Of a stretch of DNA of 64,000 nt, positions 39,930-47,703 are shown piece after piece; position 1 is the stretch's first letter, and every line of letters starts with the position of its first letter. The notes beneath the pieces were generated by a model. The model searched no databases. It was given only the letters and a program-made list of their open reading frames with translations, and was not told where the DNA came from. The translations under genes were made by a program, and so were the position numbers. Origin of the DNA: a virus (Duplodnaviria > Caudoviricetes); the IMG/VR virus record IMGVR_UViG_3300030202_001666, positions 393-64,392 of that record; one strand, given 5' to 3'.

Positions 39930-40389
39930 AGTTTTTATTTTTTGTAAAGATAATAAATTTTTTTCAGATATGTTGGGGTTGAGGGTTATGGGGGGTTATA
40001 CGTTGCACACCCCTAAAACTAAAATCGATTTTTTTTTCGCCTTCGAGAACATTTCCAAATTTTTTTTGCAGATTTTTTCAGAATTTAGGAGGGGGTACAC
40101 CTATCCTCCTTGCCTTCCCTCTTGATATGTATATGCATTGCTCTTATCGTTTGTTATATGTGTAGAATAGTACGTTAAAATGTACCTTCCCCCACATACC
40201 TTCCCCCAATAAAAGTAAAGAGAGACAGAGAGACATCTCTTAACCCCTCAACGAGTCCACCAAATAGTAAACGTTTCACCCTCAAAATATGTACGTGTTT
40301 GTAATGACATAATCCACTGATCCCCAGGTTAATAGCAAAGAGAAAAATCGCAGCTTTTGGAGTGCAAATAGTCATCTGACGAGAAGGCG

Positions 40390-40421
40390 TTTGCATATGT
40401 GATAAATTATACGTAAATTAG
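40390..40421 (+). promoter_or_regulatory. putative early promoter TTTG-N20-TAAATTAG
   Basis: -33/-7 spacing matches the Bacteroidota consensus, one mismatch in -7; first plus-strand gene starts 30 nt later. Confidence 0.55.
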
Positions 40422-40450
40422 CATTATATTAATAATTAAATAATAATAAA

Positions 40451-40798
40451 ATGAACACAAAAAACACGTTAGAAATAACACAAAATCAAACAAGCGTTAA
40501 ACACGCAAATGACTATGCATTCGTTGAATCAGAAGCTATCATCAAATTCAATTATTACGCTAACAATTTTCACTATGATTTCATCCAATTAGTTTGGGGT
40601 GAGGATACAAGTTTATCCAACCACCTACAATCAAAGTGGGATGTATTAGTGTCACAATTGACTAATGCAAGAAAAGAGTCAGACAATAGATTCGTAACGA
40701 ATTTAACTGGAACGACTTTGTTCTACAAGTTCTATATGATGCTTGATACCTACAACAAGTACAAATTAAATAACTTTATTCTTAACTCTAAAATTTAA
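40451..40798 (+). CDS. hypothetical early protein
   Basis: 115 aa with an A-rich leader. Confidence 0.6.
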   Translation: MNTKNTLEITQNQTSVKHANDYAFVESEAIIKFNYYANNFHYDFIQLVWGEDTSLSNHLQSKWDVLVSQLTNARKESDNRFVTNLTGTTLFYKFYMMLDTYNKYKLNNFILNSKI

Positions 40799-40803
40799 TA
40801 ATT

Positions 40804-41370
40804 ATGAAAACTATAAAACACACAATATTCAAACAATTATCAGTAAACTTCGGTTTCCAAAAATTCACTCGTAGAGATATCCAAAAAGCAATTTGGATTG
40901 CTCAAAACAAGGACATCAAAACATTCGTGCTCAGACAAGGTTACTACGCAATCAATATTCAAAACTGGGTAGAGTATGAAAAACTACTTGAAAGAGTAGG
41001 AAGAGGAGTGTATGTGTTAACAGATAACGGATATAGATTCGGTAAAGGCACATATAAACAAGGCGTAAAACTCATCCGTAAAATCAATCAAGACAGAAAG
41101 GATGCGAGAGCAAAAGCGAGAGAGGAACGTAACAATCTACCTCACATTAAACACGCAAAACAATTTCAACATTTCGTTGGAAAGACAATTGTTTCTGTGA
41201 GATATGCAACTCCAATTGAATGTTCAGAATTAGGTTGGAACAAATCGCCAATTGTATTTCACTTGTCAGATGGTACAACTATGTTTCCTCAATGCGATGA
41301 TGAAGGAAATGATGGTGGTGCAATGGCAATCCAAAAATTCAACGAATGGGATGTAGCATACACGATTTAG
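40804..41370 (+). CDS. hypothetical early protein (possible N-terminal winged helix)
   Basis: LLERVGRGVYVLT wing motif; C-terminal DDEGNDGG domain. Confidence 0.6.
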   Translation: MKTIKHTIFKQLSVNFGFQKFTRRDIQKAIWIAQNKDIKTFVLRQGYYAINIQNWVEYEKLLERVGRGVYVLTDNGYRFGKGTYKQGVKLIRKINQDRKDARAKAREERNNLPHIKHAKQFQHFVGKTIVSVRYATPIECSELGWNKSPIVFHLSDGTTMFPQCDDEGNDGGAMAIQKFNEWDVAYTI

Positions 41371-41419
41371 TTAACTGATGATTCCTTAAGGATGAAACGC
41401 ACTTCGGTGCGTATTAACT
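41369..41419 (+). ncRNA. type I hammerhead ribozyme 1
   Basis: stem I AGUUAA/UUAACU; core CUGAUGA (41375-81); stem II UCC-UUAA-GGA with a U.U closing pair; GAAA (41394-97); stem III CGCAC-UUCG-GUGCG; GUA cleavage triplet ending at 41413. Confidence 0.85.
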
Positions 41420-41445
41420 TAATAATAATTAAAAACAATACAATT

Positions 41446-41925
41446 ATGGGACAATATTTTAAAGTCGTAAACAAAACCAAGAAAGAGTATTTATCTCCTT
41501 ACACTTTCGGTAATGGTGCAAAAATGTGGGAGATAGTTGCAAGTGGCAAAGGAGTTCTACAAGGACTCGGATTATTACTTGCCGAAGGACACTACATTGA
41601 TGGTGATGAAACTCCAACGCATAAATCTCTAATAGGTAGATGGGTTGGTGATTCAATAACTATGGTTGGTGATTATGCTAAGAGTGAATTGTATCACAAA
41701 TGTGAGAAGTCACCTTACAAAGACATCTCAATGGATGTAGCGAGAGAGTTGTACAAAGACTCTTGGATTGGTAATCAAAAGAGAAAGTATTGTAAAGAAC
41801 ACGGAACTCAATGGTTCTTTGGTGATGAAAAAGATTTGATGTTGGAACTATTTCCACTTGAATGTCACGAAGGTGATTTGAGACAGAAGTTTGACTTTGT
41901 TGAAAAAGAACAATCTGATGAGTAA
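41446..41925 (+). CDS. hypothetical early protein flanked by hammerheads (MGQYFKVVN...)
   Basis: likely start 41446 after an A-rich leader; MGQY..VN...EY, GRW.GD...VGDY pattern. Confidence 0.7.
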   Translation: MGQYFKVVNKTKKEYLSPYTFGNGAKMWEIVASGKGVLQGLGLLLAEGHYIDGDETPTHKSLIGRWVGDSITMVGDYAKSELYHKCEKSPYKDISMDVARELYKDSWIGNQKRKYCKEHGTQWFFGDEKDLMLELFPLECHEGDLRQKFDFVEKEQSDE

Positions 41926-41971
41926 AGGTTTAAACACCTACGAAACTCCCATTGATTTGGGAGTAATTGTT
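41909..41971 (+). ncRNA. type I hammerhead ribozyme 2
   Basis: stem I AACAAU/AUUGUU; core CUGAUGA (41915-21); stem II GUA(AA)GGU...ACCUAC; GAAA (41942-45); stem III CUCCCA...UGGGAG; GUA cleavage triplet ending at 41965. Confidence 0.9.
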
Positions 41972-41990
41972 TAATATAAAATATAATAAA

Positions 41991-42440
41991 ATGAAACACA
42001 TTGAAACGCTTAAAGAACAACTTGATATAGTTGTGAATAAAGCATACACGGAAATCCTTGATGATTATCCTACTGACCAACGAGAGCAACTACCTCATAG
42101 TTTTGAAGAGTTGCACGAACAATGCGATGCAAATGAATACATCGCAGATTACATCGCAGATTTGACTGGTGACATAGGTAATTATTTAATCTCTGAAATT
42201 AATATACGACTCAAAGCTGAGGATAGATCCAAATATAAACGGACAACAAAGCAAGTGATAGCAGAACAACAAGCTATCAATAGAAAGCTAAGGGATAAAG
42301 AAAATCCAGGAGAAGAAAAGATGGATTTAATAGAAGCAATCAGATATGAATTGAAAGAGTATGGTTGGGATTGTCAAACATCTAATCCACCAAGTCCATT
42401 TGAATTCATTAGAAAAATAGATAACATAATAAATAAATAA
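41991..42440 (+). CDS. hypothetical early protein
   Basis: likely start MKHIET at 41991; SFEELHEQCDANEY motif. Confidence 0.6.
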   Translation: MKHIETLKEQLDIVVNKAYTEILDDYPTDQREQLPHSFEELHEQCDANEYIADYIADLTGDIGNYLISEINIRLKAEDRSKYKRTTKQVIAEQQAINRKLRDKENPGEEKMDLIEAIRYELKEYGWDCQTSNPPSPFEFIRKIDNIINK

Positions 42441-42441
42441 T

Positions 42442-42639
42442 ATGGCAAATTTAAGTTATTGCAGATTTCAAAATACTGCACGAGATTTAAGTGATTGCGT
42501 TGAAGCAATCGACAATCACGAAATTGACATTGAAACAATTAGTGATAGTGAAATAGAAGGACTACGTTGCTTACTGATTCTGGCAAGGGAAGTTCTGGAT
42601 AGAGAAACAGAAATAGAATCAATAATCGAAAACACATAA
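42442..42639 (+). CDS. hypothetical early protein
   Basis: MANLSYCRFQNT..DL.DC N-terminus, seen in many small phage proteins. Confidence 0.65.
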   Translation: MANLSYCRFQNTARDLSDCVEAIDNHEIDIETISDSEIEGLRCLLILAREVLDRETEIESIIENT

Positions 42640-42641
42640 TT

Positions 42642-42764
42642 ATGAAAGATATGATTAAGTATATTAAAGAGAATCCGACTGATGCACTTTGCGACATCGC
42701 ATTCCTTTTAATATTAGGGCTTATATTTTATGTAAGCATTTGGACATTCTGTCCTTGTCCTTAA
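42642..42764 (+). CDS. small membrane protein missed by the track (40 aa)
   Basis: MKDMIKYIKENPTDALCDIAFLLILGLIFYVSIWTFCPCP*. Confidence 0.5.
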   Translation: MKDMIKYIKENPTDALCDIAFLLILGLIFYVSIWTFCPCP

Positions 42765-42778
42765 CGATATTCGTTAAA

Positions 42779-42837
42779 CACCCTCGCCTCCTCTCATTAA
42801 TTTGTTAGGGGGTTTTGGTGGTAGAGGGCTATTCCTC
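42779..42837 (+). other. structured intergenic element, copy A
   Basis: CCUC...GGGG hairpin + UUUUGGUGGUA + GAGGG-CUAU-UCCUC hairpin. Confidence 0.55.
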
Positions 42838-42858
42838 GCACAATTAAAATTAAATAAA

Positions 42859-43038
42859 ATGATAACAGAAACTTTAAAACAATTTTTAAAAGATGATTTA
42901 GTAAAATTAGATTATCATACAAACGAACTAATAGATAATCTAATAGTAAGAGGTGTTGATCAAGAATTTAAAAAAGATATTGAACAAATACAACAAATTC
43001 TTAACTATTGGCATCAACACTTAAAAAATATAAAATAA
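42859..43038 (+). CDS. hypothetical protein
   Basis: likely ATG at 42859 after an A-rich leader. Confidence 0.55.
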   Translation: MITETLKQFLKDDLVKLDYHTNELIDNLIVRGVDQEFKKDIEQIQQILNYWHQHLKNIK

Positions 43039-43053
43039 TTAAATTAAATAGAT

Positions 43054-43722
43054 ATGAAAATTTTAGAACTATTCAGTGGTTCACGTAGTTTAGGAAAATC
43101 GGCAGAAGCAAGAGGACACAAAGTGTTTTCCTCAGATTTCCAGGAGTTCCCAAACACCGATTATGTTGTAGACATTTTAGAGTTCAATCCAAAGAAAGTT
43201 CCGTTCAAAAGAGTGGATATGATTTGGGCATCACCACCTTGTGAAAGTTTCAGTGTTGCTTCAATTGGAAGACATTGGATTAAAGGTGAAGTGTTTACAC
43301 CAAAAACTGACAATGCAAAATTAGGTATTCAATTACTAATGAAAACTATGGAGTTGATTGAGTACTATAAAAAGAAAAATCCAAACCTAATTTGGTACGT
43401 GGAAAACCCACGTGGAAAAATGAGAAAATCTCCTCACTGGTCAGAAATAGAACATAAATTAAATGGGGTTACTTACTGCCAATATGGTGACACAAGAATG
43501 AAACCAACAGACATTTGGAATAATAATCCTATGTGGATTTCACGACCAATGTGTAAGAACGGAAGCCCTTGTCATACTCCAGCTCCACGTGGATCTTCGA
43601 CTGGGACTCAAGGAATTAAGTCCTATTATGACAAGAGTAAAATCCCATCAGAACTTTGTGATGAGGTAATTGAAGCGACAGAAAGATTGTATAATCGTGT
43701 CTATTTATATGACACATTTTAA
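43054..43722 (+). CDS. short C5 DNA cytosine methyltransferase-like protein
   Basis: motif I LELFSG, motif IV WASPPC, motif VI VENP. Confidence 0.8.
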   Translation: MKILELFSGSRSLGKSAEARGHKVFSSDFQEFPNTDYVVDILEFNPKKVPFKRVDMIWASPPCESFSVASIGRHWIKGEVFTPKTDNAKLGIQLLMKTMELIEYYKKKNPNLIWYVENPRGKMRKSPHWSEIEHKLNGVTYCQYGDTRMKPTDIWNNNPMWISRPMCKNGSPCHTPAPRGSSTGTQGIKSYYDKSKIPSELCDEVIEATERLYNRVYLYDTF

Positions 43723-43734
43723 AATAATAACAAC

Positions 43735-43932
43735 ATGAAAATAATAAATGAAACAAACGTTAAACGCAAAAAATATATAGTAGAATTTTGGTTTCTACAT
43801 TTTATTGGTGATGAAGATTGTGGCTACGACTATGACCGAGTTGAAGTTGAAGCCATCAGTCCACGCCAAGCGATTCTCAAAGCTGAACAATTAGCTCCCA
43901 GGGGTGCTAAAAAATTTGAGATCGTGGAGTAA
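43735..43932 (+). CDS. hypothetical protein
   Basis: 65 aa ORF in the operon. Confidence 0.55.
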   Translation: MKIINETNVKRKKYIVEFWFLHFIGDEDCGYDYDRVEVEAISPRQAILKAEQLAPRGAKKFEIVE

Positions 43933-43959
43933 TGATTAGGAATTATCAATAAAATTATA

Positions 43960-43967
43960 TAAATTTG
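43960..43967 (+). promoter_or_regulatory. -7 promoter element TAAATTTG
   Basis: TAnnTTTG match 32 nt upstream of 44000. Confidence 0.55.
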
Positions 43968-43999
43968 TACAATAATTAAATAAACTTAAATTAAATAAT

Positions 44000-44236
44000 A
44001 TGGCATACAATGAAGAGTGGCGACTTAACGCAAGAGACAGAGATGAAAATGAAAATGAAGACATAATGATGCAATATCATAGTATGGTTTTCAGTAAATT
44101 TTTAGAATCTATGACTAACCCAAAGCCAGACAGCTCTGGTAAACCACCAAAAGATACTGAAGAAGAAGAAGACAAAGACAAGACAATCCCTTGGGGAAAA
44201 AATGGGGAAGAACCACCCCTCTTTATTGGTTCGTAA
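44000..44236 (+). CDS. acidic hypothetical protein
   Basis: 78 aa, D/E-rich. Confidence 0.55.
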   Translation: MAYNEEWRLNARDRDENENEDIMMQYHSMVFSKFLESMTNPKPDSSGKPPKDTEEEEDKDKTIPWGKNGEEPPLFIGS

Positions 44237-44256
44237 TAATTGTGTGTTTTGTTTGT

Positions 44257-44365
44257 CCAAGACCTCACTATGAAAATAGTGGGGTTTTGGTGGTAGGGGG
44301 TGGAAGGTAATAGTACCTAAAATTAATGGGTGAAAGACATCCTAATATTAAATGTTACCACCCCC
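44257..44365 (+). other. structured intergenic element, copy B, with a multi-stem 3' domain
   Basis: 15-bp hairpin CCAAGACCUCACUAU-GAAA-AUAGUGGGGUUUUGG, then GGGGGUGG...CCACCCCC enclosing AGGUA-AUAG-UACCU. Confidence 0.6.
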
Positions 44366-44379
44366 AAAAATTTAAACTT

Positions 44380-44535
44380 ATGTTAAGAACAACTGAAGTA
44401 AAAATAATAACCGATAAGACAAAAGTTAATCCTTATGGTTTACATTATCTGTATGATGATATTGTAGTGTGGCATGAATCAGAAAGTGCCAGGTCAAAGA
44501 AAATTTCTGAAGAACGTTTAAAAATAGTATTATGA
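44380..44535 (+). CDS. hypothetical protein
   Basis: likely start 44380, after the RNA element. Confidence 0.45.
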   Translation: MLRTTEVKIITDKTKVNPYGLHYLYDDIVVWHESESARSKKISEERLKIVL

Positions 44536-44639
44536 ATCAAGGTCGAAGCCCTAAACAACAAAAAACAAATGAGCAGATGGCTTTTATGAGTTTCTGTGGT
44601 TTGTTTATATGTATAATTTATTTAATTTTAACGCAATGA
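44532..44639 (+). CDS. small membrane protein missed by the track (35 aa)
   Basis: MNQGRSPKQQKTNEQMAFMSFCGLFICIIYLILTQ*; ATGA-coupled at both ends. Confidence 0.55.
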   Translation: MNQGRSPKQQKTNEQMAFMSFCGLFICIIYLILTQ

Positions 44640-45064
44640 AAAACGAGAAAAGTAAATATTATTATGATACTGAAAGAAACAAATCATATGAGTGGGTTAC
44701 AACTGCAACGGATGGTGAGTTTGGTAAATTAGTTGAAAAAACTAACTCAAGATCAACGATAGAAGTTATTGATGCAGTTACCCTGGAAGTCTCAGATTTG
44801 CTTAAAAAAAAGAATAAAGATTATGGCGACACTGCCAACAATCCACCACAAATTTTTAGTAAACTAACTGCAAAAGAAGGAATCTTGGCACGTATAGATG
44901 ATAAGCTGAGTAGAATAAAAAAAATTGGATTTGATAATCCAACAGATTCTGAAGATACTTTAAAGGATCTTATTGGATATCTTATATTATTAAAAGTACA
45001 AATAGAAAAAGAAAAGGACGTGATTCGTAAAAGAATTATCGACTCTAAACCTAAAATTAAATGA
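44636..45064 (+). CDS. DUF1599 / nucleotide-modification-associated domain protein
   Basis: LLKKKNKDYGD...RIDDKLSRI...EDTLKDLIGY motif. Confidence 0.75.
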   Translation: MKNEKSKYYYDTERNKSYEWVTTATDGEFGKLVEKTNSRSTIEVIDAVTLEVSDLLKKKNKDYGDTANNPPQIFSKLTAKEGILARIDDKLSRIKKIGFDNPTDSEDTLKDLIGYLILLKVQIEKEKDVIRKRIIDSKPKIK

Positions 45065-45363
45065 AGAAAACAATATTTGACGAGTACGCAACAAAGGTTG
45101 CAAAAAAGTTTCACGTAGAATTGGATAGCATTTTTGAAAAATCTAAGCGTAGACATTTAGTTGACGCAAGACAAATGCTTTACCTTCTATGTATGGAGAG
45201 ACCAATAAGAGTATCTTACATAAAACATTATCTTCAAGAATATGGATATGATGTTTCTCACTCTACTATTTTATATGGATATAAAAAAGCACGTGAGCAA
45301 GTGGGACAAGATCCAGAATTTAAAGAAATTTATAACGAATTAAAAACAACTCTTGAATTATAA
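45061..45363 (+). CDS. DnaA C-terminal-like HTH protein
   Basis: SKRRHLVDARQMLYLL...HSTILYG resembles DnaA domain IV. Confidence 0.7.
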   Translation: MKKTIFDEYATKVAKKFHVELDSIFEKSKRRHLVDARQMLYLLCMERPIRVSYIKHYLQEYGYDVSHSTILYGYKKAREQVGQDPEFKEIYNELKTTLEL

Positions 45364-45781
45364 AAAGTATACACTTCCAGACATTTGGGAACAAGCATAT
45401 AAAGACACGCAGTCTATTAAAAATGTTATGTCTAAAGGTATTTCCATAATTGGAGCTGGAGTAAAAATGCAAAAATTCAAAGAGCATATAGAGATATTCA
45501 ATATGAATAAAGGTGGCGATTATTTTAAACCCCTGGACGATGATGAGCTGGACCTATTTTTAGAGAGTGGATGGAAAGTTGGAACTATTAATTTAGCAAT
45601 ATCTAATTGTAAACATAAATTAGAATTGATAGAAAAAAAAATTCAAAACGAAGTCAACACTCGTAAAAATGATAAGCATATTCAGAATCTAAAAAATCGT
45701 AGGGAAAGTATTATGTTAAAGTATACTGACCACAAATCAAAATTAAATCAAGTTAAATCTAAAATCAAAACAAATGAGTAA
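45353..45781 (+). CDS. hypothetical protein
   Basis: 142 aa with a C-terminal coiled coil. Confidence 0.55.
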   Translation: MNYKKYTLPDIWEQAYKDTQSIKNVMSKGISIIGAGVKMQKFKEHIEIFNMNKGGDYFKPLDDDELDLFLESGWKVGTINLAISNCKHKLELIEKKIQNEVNTRKNDKHIQNLKNRRESIMLKYTDHKSKLNQVKSKIKTNE

Positions 45782-46382
45782 AACAAATGAAAATTCCTTT
45801 GTGAAACTTTCAAAAGTTGAAATCAAAGGTAAGATAGAGAAGAAGGGAAACTTCGACTATCTTTCGTGGGCTACTGCATGGACACTCTTGCAAGTAGAAT
45901 ACCCAGGATCACAACGTAAAATTTATAAGAGACACTTCGAAAACGGAGATATCCTTAATTATTTTGACGATGGTAAAACGTGTTGGGTTAGTGTTGGTAT
46001 AGTTGTTAATGGCGTTGAGCATATTGATGAACTACCTATTACTGATTTCCGTAACACTCCAATCAGAGTTGAAAAGGTCACGTCTTTTGATGTTAACACT
46101 ACAATTCAAAGAGCAACTGCAAAAGCAATTGCTATGCATGGATTAGGTTTACAATTATGGGTTGGTGAAGACATTGTTAATGTTACATCTCCAGCTCCTA
46201 AGTTGCCAGAAAAAGAAAAGATAGTATTAGAAATTAATACTCCTAATTGGGAAAGAGTTTTAAGTTACATCGCTAAGAACAAAGCTGACGGATTAGAAAA
46301 GATTGTCAAGGCGTTGGAACAAAAATATCAAATAAAAGCCCAAGTAAAAAAGGCAATATCTAACGCATTGAAAGATGAGTAG
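45774..46382 (+). CDS. Sak/Rad52-like single-strand annealing protein (DUF1071)
   Basis: EKKG.FDYLSWA.AW...LPI.D.RN...N..IQR...KAIAMHGLGL. Confidence 0.85.
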   Translation: MSKTNENSFVKLSKVEIKGKIEKKGNFDYLSWATAWTLLQVEYPGSQRKIYKRHFENGDILNYFDDGKTCWVSVGIVVNGVEHIDELPITDFRNTPIRVEKVTSFDVNTTIQRATAKAIAMHGLGLQLWVGEDIVNVTSPAPKLPEKEKIVLEINTPNWERVLSYIAKNKADGLEKIVKALEQKYQIKAQVKKAISNALKDE

Positions 46383-47121
46383 TGCGTTAGATACAACTGA
46401 TAAGGCAGTTGAAAAATTAAAGGATGATAAGTTATACTATGGTGACTATGGTAAACAATATTTATCTAATTCAGATATTATATACTTATTAAAAAATCCT
46501 ACTCAATTTAGAGTACCTCAACTCACGACAAAACCTATGTTAGAAGGATCTTACTTTCATACTTTAATGTTAGAACCAGAGAAGCAAAAAGACTTTACAA
46601 TAGTTGATGTTGCTTCACGATCCACAAAGGCATACAAAGAATTATGTTCGCCTGGAGATATTTTATTGCTTCAAAAAGAAGCAGATAAAATACAAGAAAT
46701 GGCGAGAGTTATGCAAGGTAGGTTAGAGCTGTACGATTTAATATATGATGAGGGAAATCAGTTTGAAGTTCCTATGGTTACGCAAATAATGGGTAACGCT
46801 TGGAAAGGTAAAGCTGACATCATACATAAAGATTATATTATTGATATTAAGACCAGCTCTGACATCGATAAATTTATGTATTCCTCTAAGACTTGGAATT
46901 ATGATTCCCAGGCGTACATCTATCAACGCATGTTCAATAAACCTATGTTGTTTATAGTGATTTGTAAAACATCTAATCGATTAGGAATGTTTGATTGTTC
47001 TGCCGACTTTATTAAAGGTGGGCAAAACAAAGTAGAGAAAGCAACCGAAATATATAATAAATTTTTTAGCGATGAAAAAACTGAAGACATTAATAACTAC
47101 ATTCATAAGCAAACTCTGTAA
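46375..47121 (+). CDS. PD-(D/E)xK exonuclease (RecE/exoVIII-like)
   Basis: LSNS, GSYFH..MLEP, KGKAD, IIDIKT, YDSQAYIY. Confidence 0.85.
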   Translation: MSSALDTTDKAVEKLKDDKLYYGDYGKQYLSNSDIIYLLKNPTQFRVPQLTTKPMLEGSYFHTLMLEPEKQKDFTIVDVASRSTKAYKELCSPGDILLLQKEADKIQEMARVMQGRLELYDLIYDEGNQFEVPMVTQIMGNAWKGKADIIHKDYIIDIKTSSDIDKFMYSSKTWNYDSQAYIYQRMFNKPMLFIVICKTSNRLGMFDCSADFIKGGQNKVEKATEIYNKFFSDEKTEDINNYIHKQTL

Positions 47122-47254
47122 AAAGTTTGGAATGCGAGTGAATGCAAACGTATTGTGGATGGAAGTTCCAAGCATCTGCAATTGTAGAGCTGATAAAGAT
47201 GAAATTATCATGACTACTATTGAACATTTGGAACATAAAATTAAAATTAAGTAA
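47072..47254 (+). CDS. hypothetical protein
   Basis: fills the gap between exonuclease and SSB-like gene; start uncertain. Confidence 0.4.
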   Translation: MKKLKTLITTFISKLCKKFGMRVNANVLWMEVPSICNCRADKDEIIMTTIEHLEHKIKIK

Positions 47255-47258
47255 TATT

Positions 47259-47540
47259 ATGAGTGATCAAGTAAGAAAACCTGGAAACTTTGTCCTATTT
47301 AAAAATGATTATAAAGAAAAAGATAATCAACCAGACTACAAATCTCCTACAAAAGAAGGTAAGAGAGGTTTGGATTTGGAAGGCAAAGAAATCGAGGTGG
47401 CTTGTTGGGTAAACAAGTCTAAAGATGGCGTGAGTTATATGAGTTGCCAAATTCAATACCCACAAAACAAAACAACAGAAGATACAGCTCCAGTGGAGGA
47501 AACTCCAGTAGCAGCAGTTGATCCTGATTTACCCTTTTAA
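47259..47540 (+). CDS. putative single-stranded DNA-binding protein
   Basis: LFKN..K....PDY...VACW...G..YMS pattern; acidic tail ending DLPF. Confidence 0.7.
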   Translation: MSDQVRKPGNFVLFKNDYKEKDNQPDYKSPTKEGKRGLDLEGKEIEVACWVNKSKDGVSYMSCQIQYPQNKTTEDTAPVEETPVAAVDPDLPF

Positions 47541-47541
47541 A

Positions 47542-47647
47542 ATGTTGGTGCGAGTAGCTTAATAGGTTCATCGAAGGTTTGGGATAGACGTTTTACGAAA
47601 TCTCCTAATAGAATAAAACTATGAACACGTAAGTGAATAACCAACAT
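47542..47647 (+). ncRNA. candidate structured RNA (long interrupted hairpin)
   Basis: nested pairings AUGUUGGU/ACCAACAU, GCUUA/UAAGU, GUUCAU/AUGAAC, UUGGGA/UCCUAA. Confidence 0.45.
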
Positions 47648-47658
47648 CACATTAGTTT

Positions 47659-47703
47659 GGGGGCAGAGAGAATTCACATCTTACATTAGCCCCCATTCTT
47701 TTG
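47659..47703 (+). terminator. putative terminator
   Basis: GGGGC...GCCCC stem followed by AUUCUUUUG. Confidence 0.45.

Noticed and set aside
40175-40396. 73-aa minus-strand ORF in the divergence zone
   Set aside because: Atypical composition, no A-rich leader, overlaps the predicted early promoter
40376-40400. CTGACGA near the early promoter
   Set aside because: No downstream GAAA core half or supporting stems
41392-41445. ORF-track N-terminal extensions at 41392, 41967, 42802 and 44326
   Set aside because: They run through ribozymes or RNA elements; downstream ATGs with A-rich leaders are more plausible
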